Source: a virus
IMG/VR virus record: IMGVR_UViG_3300007512_001108
Coordinates: 10,682 to 74,681 of that record
Direction: 5' to 3' (one strand)
DNA length: 64,000 nt
The notes under the pieces were generated by a model. It saw only the letters and a program-made list of their open reading frames with translations. It was not told the DNA's origin and searched no databases. A program made the position numbers and the translations under genes. Within the stretch, counting starts at the first letter, position 1; every line of letters begins with the position of its first letter. Positions 38,441 to 49,000 of the stretch are shown here, piece by piece.

Positions 38441-41197
38441 TTAAAACCCACTTACATGGGAGTTGCTGTGGTTTTCGAGAAGTATATTCATAAATCTGGT
38501 GCTTTCTGTTAAATTAGTGCCATCATGAAGGTCTTCATTGTGGATGGTCCAACCATCCGTCCCTCCCTCGTTAGCGTTGACTGTAATCCAAGGTGATGAG
38601 AAAGAGTGAGATGAATTGTTTGTAACAGAAAATACATTTTGGATGTGTCGAGTACGACCTTCAATCCAATGAACAAATGGAGTATATCCCAAACTATCCC
38701 AATTCACATTCCAACCATATGTGACATTTTCTGCAATGGAATTTCTTGCTTGTAGTATTCCACCATATGAAGCGTCGAACCCACTAGATGACATATTCAT
38801 TGCTTTACTATCTACTGCTTCGATTTCTCCCCACTGAGTCCGATATCCCATCAATGCATTATGAGCAAGACATCTGCTAACATGCACATGAGAGTTTCGA
38901 TAAGAAGAAAAACATGCATGACCAAAATTTCCCGAAAGAGATTGGGCCGCCTGAATAGAACTAGAAGAAGATGCATTGAAACCATTTCCAAATGCACTGT
39001 TACTTGATGTGTTGAAATCCAAACTTCCTTCAGAGGGGTGAGTATCCGCTGCTATTGTAGAGGTACTATCCTTGGATTCTATTCCTAATGTTAATCCTTG
39101 TGCGTTGCAGTCATATACTAAATCACCCATATCGGTATCATATTGAATTCTCCATTTGCATAAATGGTCATAAAGAACCAAATTTGCATAGCCTGGTTGA
39201 CCCGAATTTGGCGTCCAGTTCCTTACAATTCCTACTGTTTCTCCGACATGTCCGTCTTGGTTGGTATCAACCAATGCAACAACATCACCCGATTTAAAAC
39301 TTGAATCTCTATATCCTGCTATCCAATTATCATTTCCTTCTGTCCAATTGTTGTTTAACATTAAATTAACTACTGGACAACCACCGAATCCTGCAATCGA
39401 CCTTCTGGATTCTAATGATGAATTATAATTGGCATTATTGCATACTCTTTCAACACCAGTAACAACACTCCTGTCTGCTAGACCTCTGCTTCCTGCATTA
39501 ATATTAATACCATATTCACAATTACTTATAACAATATCATTGAGATTCGCTTCAGATTTTTCTGTAACTTCTACACCCATGTTGAATCCATTAATACCGA
39601 CATTACTTATTGTGATATCCGTACCGTATGGTTTTCTTGTTCTATATCTTGAATATCTTGTTTCGGATGCACTTCCACCTGTTTTTCCTAAATTGTAAGA
39701 TAGAGAACCATTGTTACTTATACGGATTCCAGAATGTAACGACCTATTCTTTCCATCTTCATTTATAAAATCACCAGATGTATTTGCAATACCTCCTGAT
39801 AATCCATTATGGTGTTTATTAAATTGTTGCCATTTTCCTTCTAGAACGAGGTCTTGAATAAATCCAAAATCTCCACCATCTATTTCAATTCCACCTTTCT
39901 CTGCATCTGTAAATTCAAATATAGTTCTAACATGCGTTAGTTCTAATCTGTTTAGACTCATGTGGTAATTTTCACTTGGTCGCATATCAAGCATTTTTAA
40001 TTGCTTATCCGCATGAGTAGTTTCACCAAATGAATAAAAGTCTTCTGTCGGTACTACAATTGTACCATCCGTAGGGTCGGTAGTCCAACCTTCTGCGGTA
40101 TTTCCGAATCTTGTTGGATAAGTTCCTGTTGGTAAGAAGTCATTTAATTGGATGCAGTTTATTGGAGGGAATGGACCACTATAGTAATCACCTTGACCGT
40201 GATGTGGTGGGTGTATACTACCTCCATCGACATCTCCGTGTGCTGAAGGAATATCCCATTCGAGCCACTCAGCACTTTCAGCATAATCACCAGCAGCGTA
40301 ACCACCAAACCAAAGTGGTCGGGTGCCATCAATATCTTCGGAAACCTTCGAAGTATATGAGGATGAGGCAAAGTCAAACATAGTAGGATAATTATAATAT
40401 TTACAAATATAATTTACTCCACCAAGTCCGTTGACGGTATCTTCCTCAATGTTTGAACTAATTATATGCGCTCCGAGAAGTGCTACTCTTCGTGTCGATT
40501 GTTTATTTTTGAAACTGGACGATTCGGTATTTGCAACTCCAGTGGCTGCAACCTGTCCATCTGCTCCCCAATCTTCGTGAACAGTATCATAATTATCTTT
40601 ATGTGCAAAGGTTACATCTCGTACAAGAACATAATCACCCGATACTCCATTTTCTACACCTATTCCTTTTTTTCCTGATGCGTCACTGGGGTCTATTTTA
40701 TTTCCGACTGCGGCTGATTCCCAATCTATTGGATTCAAATGAACTCCTGCTTCATAGAATCTACAAGCAGATGTTCCGTGAAGAGTATTCAGGGTGGATG
40801 TTGCCGCACCATCTGCGGGTGTTGCTGTACCGTCCGCACCAAGATTTGAATGTGAACTTCTCCACCTCGAACACTTTGCAAGGATATAATCTTTTGTTTC
40901 TTCTCCACGAATTCCAATTCTTGCACCTTGCGGGTGTCGTACTTCTATTGGTTTATTAAAAGTATATCTTCCTGCCGCACATTTAATAGTTGCAAAACCA
41001 TTTTCTGTAATGAAATGATTTTGAAGATAGAACATTGCACGATGCGGAGATTTAAAAGGTTTTGCGAGCGTTCCTTTTCCTGTAGTATCATTACCTGCTG
41101 TAAGACTAACATATACAGTAAAGTTGGGGTCGTCTATGATACCAACTGTACTATCGGAAATTGATGTTCCTGATGGACTAAAATATTCTGTTGCCAT
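38441..41197 (-). CDS. Tailspike-like protein with probable right-handed beta-helix (pectin-lyase-like)
   Basis: N-terminal VYVS...GND..G.GT..KPFKS...A motif, I..AAGRY, repeated G/N/S/I beta-helix-type rungs in the C-terminal half. Confidence 0.6.
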   Translation of the reverse strand: MATEYFSPSGTSISDSTVGIIDDPNFTVYVSLTAGNDTTGKGTLAKPFKSPHRAMFYLQNHFITENGFATIKCAAGRYTFNKPIEVRHPQGARIGIRGEETKDYILAKCSRWRSSHSNLGADGTATPADGAATSTLNTLHGTSACRFYEAGVHLNPIDWESAAVGNKIDPSDASGKKGIGVENGVSGDYVLVRDVTFAHKDNYDTVHEDWGADGQVAATGVANTESSSFKNKQSTRRVALLGAHIISSNIEEDTVNGLGGVNYICKYYNYPTMFDFASSSYTSKVSEDIDGTRPLWFGGYAAGDYAESAEWLEWDIPSAHGDVDGGSIHPPHHGQGDYYSGPFPPINCIQLNDFLPTGTYPTRFGNTAEGWTTDPTDGTIVVPTEDFYSFGETTHADKQLKMLDMRPSENYHMSLNRLELTHVRTIFEFTDAEKGGIEIDGGDFGFIQDLVLEGKWQQFNKHHNGLSGGIANTSGDFINEDGKNRSLHSGIRISNNGSLSYNLGKTGGSASETRYSRYRTRKPYGTDITISNVGINGFNMGVEVTEKSEANLNDIVISNCEYGININAGSRGLADRSVVTGVERVCNNANYNSSLESRRSIAGFGGCPVVNLMLNNNWTEGNDNWIAGYRDSSFKSGDVVALVDTNQDGHVGETVGIVRNWTPNSGQPGYANLVLYDHLCKWRIQYDTDMGDLVYDCNAQGLTLGIESKDSTSTIAADTHPSEGSLDFNTSSNSAFGNGFNASSSSSIQAAQSLSGNFGHACFSSYRNSHVHVSRCLAHNALMGYRTQWGEIEAVDSKAMNMSSSGFDASYGGILQARNSIAENVTYGWNVNWDSLGYTPFVHWIEGRTRHIQNVFSVTNNSSHSFSSPWITVNANEGGTDGWTIHNEDLHDGTNLTESTRFMNILLENHSNSHVSGF

Positions 41198-41229
41198 TTA
41201 TAAGTTTCCTCTTATAGTATATAGTCGTA

Positions 41230-42447
41230 TTAGTTTGTATCTACCGTTAATTCTGCATTGCTTGTATAATGAAAGAAATGCCAACCAGTCGCATATACAG
41301 AGGCCATATGGAATCCATGTTGACCAATTCCCGTTGCGTAAATCACCGCGTCGGTGGTTTCATTACTACCCTTTCCAATGACACCTCTCGAACTCCATAT
41401 TTCAATAGTTGGTTCTTCTTTTCTTTTTGAAACTCTGAACTCAACTTTCGCAGATTTTGCAGTCGTGTCGGCATAAGGATGAAACAATTGAATATTTTCT
41501 CTTGCATATCCACCAGGGTCTTCGGTATATGGAACTGTGGATCCCGGTGTAGTATCCAAATTATAACTCTTTTCATAATACCTTTGACACAATGCTATTT
41601 CTGTCATAGGATTCGTCTTGTCAAATTCTGTAGACCTGCTTCCCTGTTCTAATTGTATTTGTGAAAAACTAATGTTTCCCAAGGCTGCCGCTTCGGATGG
41701 TCCACCCAATTCCATTGAAGCACCGTGTACACCGTTTGAATGTAATACTAGTTGTACTTGCAATGCATCATCTCCAGAAGTTCCAACTGCTGGTTGTCCT
41801 TCTACACTTGGAACATTGAATGATGTCTTATATTGCCTCCAAGTATTATCTAATGTAAATCCTGTATTTCCAGTACTTCCTTTTATTAATGATGGAGTAT
41901 CGCCGGCAGTTCTCCCTGCAAAACATTGTTTGAGAACAGGTGCGACTCTTTGGTTTGAGATATCACTTTTTGCCCAGAAGGAAAGTATACATGTTTTACC
42001 TTCTAATGTTTGTACATCATCAATATCTTGAACGAGTGCAAGGTATGTACCGTTTGTTGTCGCACCTGCACCAGTGAATCCTCCGTAACTGGCAAACGCT
42101 GTTGCTGCCCCGTCCACAACATGACTACCCATAGCATCTACTGTGTTTCCAACATAAATATTCAAATACCATTTGCTTGCTCGGTCTGCTCCAGAAGGAT
42201 AACCCAAAGGCATTAAACCACGGAATATAGAGAGAGGTGGAGCGGTAACACCATTTACTGCTTGTGAATAAACTCTCCATCTGTCTGCAACAAAAGAGTT
42301 TTGAAGACAAGTTGTTGAAGCCTTACCAGTAACACCAACACTAGCAGTAACACCGCGTTGCCATATATTGAAGTCACCATTGATGAGTTCATTTCTATTG
42401 TCTTGGACTCCTATTGGTCCGTGGAGAGTTAATGCACTATTTGCCAT
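41230..42447 (-). CDS. Tail-fibre-associated protein with a carbohydrate-binding-like jelly-roll domain
   Basis: RNELINGDFNIWQRG...ADRW...LSFWAKS...W..Y...F...QIQLEQGS..T.F...E..LCQRYY module. Confidence 0.65.
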   Translation of the reverse strand: MANSALTLHGPIGVQDNRNELINGDFNIWQRGVTASVGVTGKASTTCLQNSFVADRWRVYSQAVNGVTAPPLSIFRGLMPLGYPSGADRASKWYLNIYVGNTVDAMGSHVVDGAATAFASYGGFTGAGATTNGTYLALVQDIDDVQTLEGKTCILSFWAKSDISNQRVAPVLKQCFAGRTAGDTPSLIKGSTGNTGFTLDNTWRQYKTSFNVPSVEGQPAVGTSGDDALQVQLVLHSNGVHGASMELGGPSEAAALGNISFSQIQLEQGSRSTEFDKTNPMTEIALCQRYYEKSYNLDTTPGSTVPYTEDPGGYARENIQLFHPYADTTAKSAKVEFRVSKRKEEPTIEIWSSRGVIGKGSNETTDAVIYATGIGQHGFHMASVYATGWHFFHYTSNAELTVDTN

Positions 42448-42460
42448 TGTAATTAATCCT

Positions 42461-45400
42461 TTATAACCTTACAAGTACTACACTAAAGAAGTATGAAACT
42501 GGGTCATTTGAACTACCTCTTCTTGGTTTAAATGTTAGAGTGGTTGTTGATTTAGTAGGTCCTGCAACGAAATACATATCGTTATCTGCATCTGCGGCTG
42601 GGTTTGCAGTAATCATCGGTACAAAATTAGCAGTACCACAATTATGTGTAATCGTTATTGTTCCAGAAGAAAGAGCAATTGCTGATATTCCTCCATTTTT
42701 AAATTCATTATCTAACGATGATGCATCAGCATCACCATCTACGGTTAGTGTAAAGTGACACGCTCCGACTATTCCTTGTCTTCCCCAAACTCCTACGCCT
42801 GTATTGTTTTTGTTAAGAAGAACATCACCACTATTACCTGTGCTTCCTGTAGAGTCTACGACTGCGAGTCCGCCACCACCCGAAACAGGAAGTTCTGCTC
42901 CACCAGCAGTGACACCGATTTGAACTATACCATTACTGTGAATAATCATTGCGGATGTATTTCCACCAGAGTGTCCTACAAAGAAATCTACAGTTCCGCC
43001 ACCTGCACCTGTATGTCTAAACTCTGCATGATTATTTAAAGTTATTCCCATAAACAATCCTGCGACAGCATCAAAGTTTGAACCGCCACCACCATCTACA
43101 TCTGTTGTAGTACCAATTTGAATGTGACTCGCATTTTCTTTGTATAGTTGTAAGAGAGATTCTTTGTTTGCTTCTCCACCAGTGCCACTGTAGAATAGAG
43201 AATGACCCGCAGAAACTCCAATTCCACCACCAGTAGTTGTACCGACATTTACAGTAAAGTTGCTGTCGATACCACCAGATTTACCAAATGCAATTTCACC
43301 AGTTGTGTTTACTATTGCAAATGTATTTCCACCTGCGGATAAATGAAGTTGGTCACTTCCACCAATCCAACCGATTCTTGATTTTTCAGAACCCGCTTCC
43401 ATTAATGAAAGGTATGAATCTTTTGTGTTTGCGGCATCGAGTGCAATATATGAAGCAAGTGCTGATGACTTCAAAGAAACCCAAGCGGCTGCCGCAGTCA
43501 AACCTGCAATGAGTGCGTTTTGCATGTTGCTTCCTTCAACCGCACCAAGATATAAAGAGTCAGCAGTAACTGCTCCACGGAATATACCACCACCACCAAC
43601 TTCTAATGTTGCACCGAAAGCCGCATTGGTGCCACCAGTTGCAACTCCAACATTTTTATCAAAACTAATACCTGTTGCATCAGTACCTGTAAGGAAGTTT
43701 GTAGAAGATGGGAATGCTGTCCATATTGCAGTTGTAATACCTGTTCCATTTTCGTCCTTGAGCATAAGTATATCACCAGAGTTACCACCAGTGACAGGGA
43801 AGTTATATCCACCGTACTCATTACCTGTTATTCCAAGTTCACTAGCATATATTCCGAATGTACCACCTGCACCATTTTCATGATGAGTATAAATATCACC
43901 ACTTGCTCTAATAGTACCAGAAACATCTAGAGATGCACCAACAGCAAATCCACCGCCTATTGCTAAACCTTGTTGTGTAAGTCTATGTTTTTCTTTTGGA
44001 AGGTCAGTACCTCCACCACCTCCCCATAGGAAGGAAATTCCACCACTACCCGCACCACCAGTTGGAGCAGAGTTCCATATTACTGTCATATCACCAGAGT
44101 GTCCAAAGTGAGAACCTGTTGAACCTGTCTGTCCTACACCACCACCTTGGAAGAATGCATATGAAGCATTTCCTGCTGTTCCTAGAACCATTAAAGTGTC
44201 TTGTAAATCAAGAGTTAATCCTCCAGTATAACCGAGTGAAAGACCCAAATATACTTTACCATCTGTACTAAACCTCATTGCTTCTTGTGTAGAACCATCT
44301 GTTCCTTGTGAAGTGTGAATTACAACATCTTCATTATCTTTTGAACCTATTCCCTGAATAACAGGTGAGAATTTTTCATATTCTGCATCTGTAGAATTAT
44401 AACGAACCATTTCGTCATTTGCAGGGTCACCGTCATTAACATTGCTCAACCCTTCCATAGAAACTGTTAAGTCAATACCATCAATGAGTGATGCTCTTGC
44501 TTCGGAAGAAATTCTAATAATGTAATGTGTTACAAGATATGGTTGAAGGTTGTTGTGTGGTTGGTCATTTCCAAAAGTCGATAACCCCGAAACCAAGTCG
44601 TCTGGTACATTGGCTTTCAGTGCATGTCCACTTTCCACCGCGGAATCTGTATCTACAAACGATTCTGGTGGGATGTAAAGGTTAAGAGAACCACCGAATG
44701 TAAATTGGTCCGAGCCCCTTTGAGCATGATGAGTTATATCTTGGTTGTTCCCGGATGCGGGGCCACCGAGTTTGTCTGGGTCGCTGTCAACAAAGTGGAA
44801 GTTGTTCATCTCTTGTGTCACTGTAAATTGGCTATAATCTATCCCACTATTGAAATGATTAATTGCGGGTTGGTCTATAACATGATTGTGGTCATTGATG
44901 TCTAGTTCTGAATAATTAACTGATACATCACCGTGATTATGTGATGGAATCTCGGCTTCACTAAGTGTATGGGTTCTTTCACCACCATACTGTCCTCTTT
45001 CGAAATAATCATCTACTCCACCAGTTTCTCCTTCTCCCATCGGAATTCTCGAACGAAGGTCTGGTTTCTTTACAGAGTGAACACTTACACTTTCAATAGA
45101 ATGAGTAGACGATCCTTCGGCTACAGTAACTACACCATCTCCATCGCTGGATGTAGTTTCGAATTGTGCTTTTTTATTTGTTATTTCTGTTATGATTTTA
45201 CCAGTAGTGGAATCGTGTGTGATATTATCTACTATCATTTCCTTACTGTTATTATCCCAACTAATTATGACAGCATCTGCTTGCGTTCCATCGTCAAATG
45301 TTTGCTTAATATCTTCACCAACAAGACTTGAAGTATTGTTATATGTTGATGGCATTTTAAATTTTTGCCAAGAACCATATCTCCAACTTACTGCTGTATA

Positions 45401-45982
45401 ATAATCTGCATGTCTGGTTGCATCAAGTGTACTACCATCACAAAGTGACCATTGTGCAGGAATACCAGAAGTATTTCCTGCATATGCTTGAATTGCACCT
45501 ACTGGCATTAAACCGTTAAGACTTACTGTTGCTTCACCACCAATAACAGTACCGAGGTAATTCATCACGACACCTCTTTGTGCGCCACCCGAAAGTTTTC
45601 CTCTTCTGGTTAAAACTGGTTTAATAACATGTCCACCTACTGTTGGTGCGGTTGAACTTACATGACCTGCTGAAATTCCAGAAAGGAAATAACATTCATC
45701 AGCAGTTGTTCCTGTGTCTGGGAAATTCGATATATCTATTTCACCTTGATATACAATAGTAAAGTTATTTGCATCTGCAACTTTTTCGATTATACCAGCA
45801 ACTTCTGCTTCTTTTGGAGATGTGGCATATGCTAATGTAAATCCACCATTACCGCTTGATGCAGTGGGGTCAAACCGAACAACACTACCAGCAGTAAATC
45901 CATGTGAAGTCTGCTCAATATTATTTCTAATAGATTTACCATCTAGGACGCCTGTCACCAATTTTAATGCACTTGTTACCAT
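42461..45982 (-). CDS. Tail fibre protein with tail-collar domain and HxH needle motifs
   Basis: Collar MPVGAIQAYAG..IP.QW.LCDGS...PDLRSR.PMG; GGE.THTLSEAEIPSHNH ... PHNNLQPYLVTHYIIR. Confidence 0.75.
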   Translation of the reverse strand: MVTSALKLVTGVLDGKSIRNNIEQTSHGFTAGSVVRFDPTASSGNGGFTLAYATSPKEAEVAGIIEKVADANNFTIVYQGEIDISNFPDTGTTADECYFLSGISAGHVSSTAPTVGGHVIKPVLTRRGKLSGGAQRGVVMNYLGTVIGGEATVSLNGLMPVGAIQAYAGNTSGIPAQWSLCDGSTLDATRHADYYTAVSWRYGSWQKFKMPSTYNNTSSLVGEDIKQTFDDGTQADAVIISWDNNSKEMIVDNITHDSTTGKIITEITNKKAQFETTSSDGDGVVTVAEGSSTHSIESVSVHSVKKPDLRSRIPMGEGETGGVDDYFERGQYGGERTHTLSEAEIPSHNHGDVSVNYSELDINDHNHVIDQPAINHFNSGIDYSQFTVTQEMNNFHFVDSDPDKLGGPASGNNQDITHHAQRGSDQFTFGGSLNLYIPPESFVDTDSAVESGHALKANVPDDLVSGLSTFGNDQPHNNLQPYLVTHYIIRISSEARASLIDGIDLTVSMEGLSNVNDGDPANDEMVRYNSTDAEYEKFSPVIQGIGSKDNEDVVIHTSQGTDGSTQEAMRFSTDGKVYLGLSLGYTGGLTLDLQDTLMVLGTAGNASYAFFQGGGVGQTGSTGSHFGHSGDMTVIWNSAPTGGAGSGGISFLWGGGGGTDLPKEKHRLTQQGLAIGGGFAVGASLDVSGTIRASGDIYTHHENGAGGTFGIYASELGITGNEYGGYNFPVTGGNSGDILMLKDENGTGITTAIWTAFPSSTNFLTGTDATGISFDKNVGVATGGTNAAFGATLEVGGGGIFRGAVTADSLYLGAVEGSNMQNALIAGLTAAAAWVSLKSSALASYIALDAANTKDSYLSLMEAGSEKSRIGWIGGSDQLHLSAGGNTFAIVNTTGEIAFGKSGGIDSNFTVNVGTTTGGGIGVSAGHSLFYSGTGGEANKESLLQLYKENASHIQIGTTTDVDGGGGSNFDAVAGLFMGITLNNHAEFRHTGAGGGTVDFFVGHSGGNTSAMIIHSNGIVQIGVTAGGAELPVSGGGGLAVVDSTGSTGNSGDVLLNKNNTGVGVWGRQGIVGACHFTLTVDGDADASSLDNEFKNGGISAIALSSGTITITHNCGTANFVPMITANPAADADNDMYFVAGPTKSTTTLTFKPRRGSSNDPVSYFFSVVLVRL

Positions 45983-46001
45983 TTATTCTTTATCTCCGAT
46001 A

Positions 46002-46009
46002 TATTTATA
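46002..46009 (-). promoter_or_regulatory. T4-type late promoter motif upstream of the collar-domain fibre gene
   Basis: TATAAATA overlapping the upstream stop, about 20 nt before the ATG at 45982. Confidence 0.55.
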
Positions 46010-49000
46010 TCTCTGCATCCGCTGTCCAATGCCAAATCCAGTCTTCGTCTGTTACACTGTTACCGTCTGGGTTTGACCACATTGTTGCCGAACCATTAGA
46101 ATTACCTGACTGCAACATTCCATATCCATTTTTAGTTATTCTGCCTTTTATAACTCTTATATAAGTTGCGCCATTGATTACTGTACCGTCTGGATATTCT
46201 GTATTCCAATCATCGTCACTTTCAATACCATTAATTTTGTCTACAGTTCCTTCTTTTGAGTATACTTCTACAGTAGGTGGACATCTCATTTCAACTTTGA
46301 AGTCGGTATTTCCTTGTAAACCAGAAGAGATAGTACTATCGAATCTTCGTACAAATCCACCGATATCGTGTAACACTTCCGTACCTGCAATAGTTTGAGG
46401 TTCATATGTTTTTTGATAATATCTTTGACATCGTTTAAGTTCATCTTCTGGAGTTCTTAAATCGAATTCTGTTCTTGATGCACCTCTTTCAAATTGTACT
46501 TGTGCAATATCAATCTCACCATTCCAACTTCTTGCTTTTGAATCAGTACCAGAAGCATATTCGTCATAACTTCCGTGAATTGGGCGAATACCTAATCCAA
46601 TGAATCCTTGTCCTGGAATTACAGCAGCGACATTAGCGGTTGCTGTTGTTGCACCCTGACAACCCCAATCTTCTACTGCTTGATTTAATTGACTGTTTGC
46701 TAAATGATTTCCTGCACTCACTCCTACAATTGCAGGAACATCAAATGTGTATGAATACTTTGTCCAACTATCATTCAAATCAAAGTGTGGACTTCGAAGT
46801 GGTTCGTACATTCTCCAGTTAGCACCAACACCACCTTCACCGGCTGCTCTTACAGAAGAAGAGGATGCGTAATCTCCAGTTCCTGAAGCATATCCACGAA
46901 GTTCTGCTCTCACATATCCAAGTGTTGCTTTAGTTCCTGCACTCCTTCTTGCCCAGAATGAAACTGTTGCTTTTTCTGCGTGTATACTGTCCACACCTTC
47001 TATTCTTTGTTCGATTGCAGGACCTGGTATTGTACCATCATAAGTGGTTACATTATTTGTTAATTTTAAATAATATTTTGCTGGTTTTGATTGACTTCTT
47101 GAAAGTACATCATCTACTTTTGCAAAGTCAAATTCATGTCTTGACAGACCCCCGCGAGTAGCAGTACCTCTCCAATTATAATGGTTATACATTCTCCATC
47201 TATCTGCTAAATGATTTTGTGGGACTTCAATCCTTTGGTTGATAACGGGGTGTCCTCCACCAAGAAAAGTAGAATCCCACTCAAACCAATCTGCACTCTT
47301 TCCACCAGTTGTTATTCCTTGAAGTCTTTGCCAATAATCAAAATTGCCATTAATTAATAAGTTTCTTCCTGCATCTACAACACATCCTGCACCACCACCG
47401 AATTCTTTTACGGAATGAACTGTTGCTTCTGTAATATATCCAGATACTGCAACTCTTACATCAGCAGAAGTAGATTCTGCCCAATCTGAACTTACAGATA
47501 CTTTAGGAAGAGTAACAGTTCCAACATCTCCTGTACCGATTGGAACTATTGTTTCACTGACGGATGATGGAATTCCTTTACTTAATGGATATACTCTACC
47601 ATCTGCTGAAGTATATTCAAGGTGTCCTATACTTTGTGCCTGTGTAGCAATGAAAGACCATGAATCCCGAATGCTATCAGTGGAGTTGTTTGTCGAAGAC
47701 CCCGCCCAAACCCACACCTTGGTCGGAATTTCTGCCAAGGATGAATCTTTTGTCAAGTTGGCCGAAGTACCAAGGCCAACTGCTTCACTTATCTTGAAAC
47801 CCCACCTAAGGGTCGTGGTGTCTACGGTGTTTCCGTCATACGCGTCAAAATTAGAATTGAGGGTACTCGGTACAAATTCAATTGGAAGGCCTGGTGTGAA
47901 TCCATAACTGTAAGCGGCGCATTCAGTACTTGGGGCTGCTAAATCGATGCAAGTCCAAGCCGCGTTGAAATGTCCATCCAAGGGGTCCGTTGTATCCAGC
48001 AATGCAGCGTCCCAGATACTCTCTCCCATATTACATGTCTCATGACCAACGGAATGTGCTGGTGAGATATGAGCGCCAGATGCAACCTTTACAGCACCAA
48101 CTTGGCTCGACTCACCCAGAGTTAAACTACCTTCACTCCAAGTTTTTAGAATAAGAGAAGTTGCACCTGTTGTGATACCGAGTACACTATGTACATCTAT
48201 TTCGTTTTCTGTTGTCAAAGATATTGCAGAAGTGTTTGCATATCCTCCCACACCAGTTATTGCATCTTTTATATTGTCTGAAAATAGTACAACATTAGAT
48301 GCAGTAATACCTGAAGTAAGACCACTTCCTCCTCCTCCACCACCTCCTCCTGCACATCCTGCACCACTACCAATAACTTCACCCTTATAGTTTACAAGAA
48401 TTAATTCTGTTGTGGAAATTGCAACTGCCCACGGTTTCTTTACATGTCCAGTTGTCTGTGGTGGGTATGTCACCAAACTGTCGCCAGAATTTCCCATTCC
48501 CCCTCTACCTTCTGGTGCAGTGTTTGCAGAAAGGAAATATACTTGTCCTATATCTAGAGGAACTAGAGCAGAATTATCTGCAACCGATACTTTACCATTA
48601 AGTGCCATATAAAATTTATTTGGGTCACCTGCGACATTAACATCACCTATAATACCGATTACTTCTGCTTCTTCTTCGCTGTTTGCTTGTCCCCTTCTCC
48701 ATACACCATTAGTATATGTGGTTGCATCATCAACAGTTCCTGTAGAACCTGCTGTTCCTGACCATCCATAATACTCTGATGGTTCAAACCTTACTAAGTC
48801 ACCAACAACAAAGTCATTTACTTGGTTAATTAAAATTCTATTAGATACTTGTGCAGTAATATCATCTGCTTCGTTTGGAATAAGACTTCCACGATAATTT
48901 ACTATTACACCTCTATCTCCTGCATTTCCTAATGCAGAAATATTATCTAAAGCAACAAGAAGAGGTTTAGCAACATTTCCTGCATCTTGTGGTGCAGACT

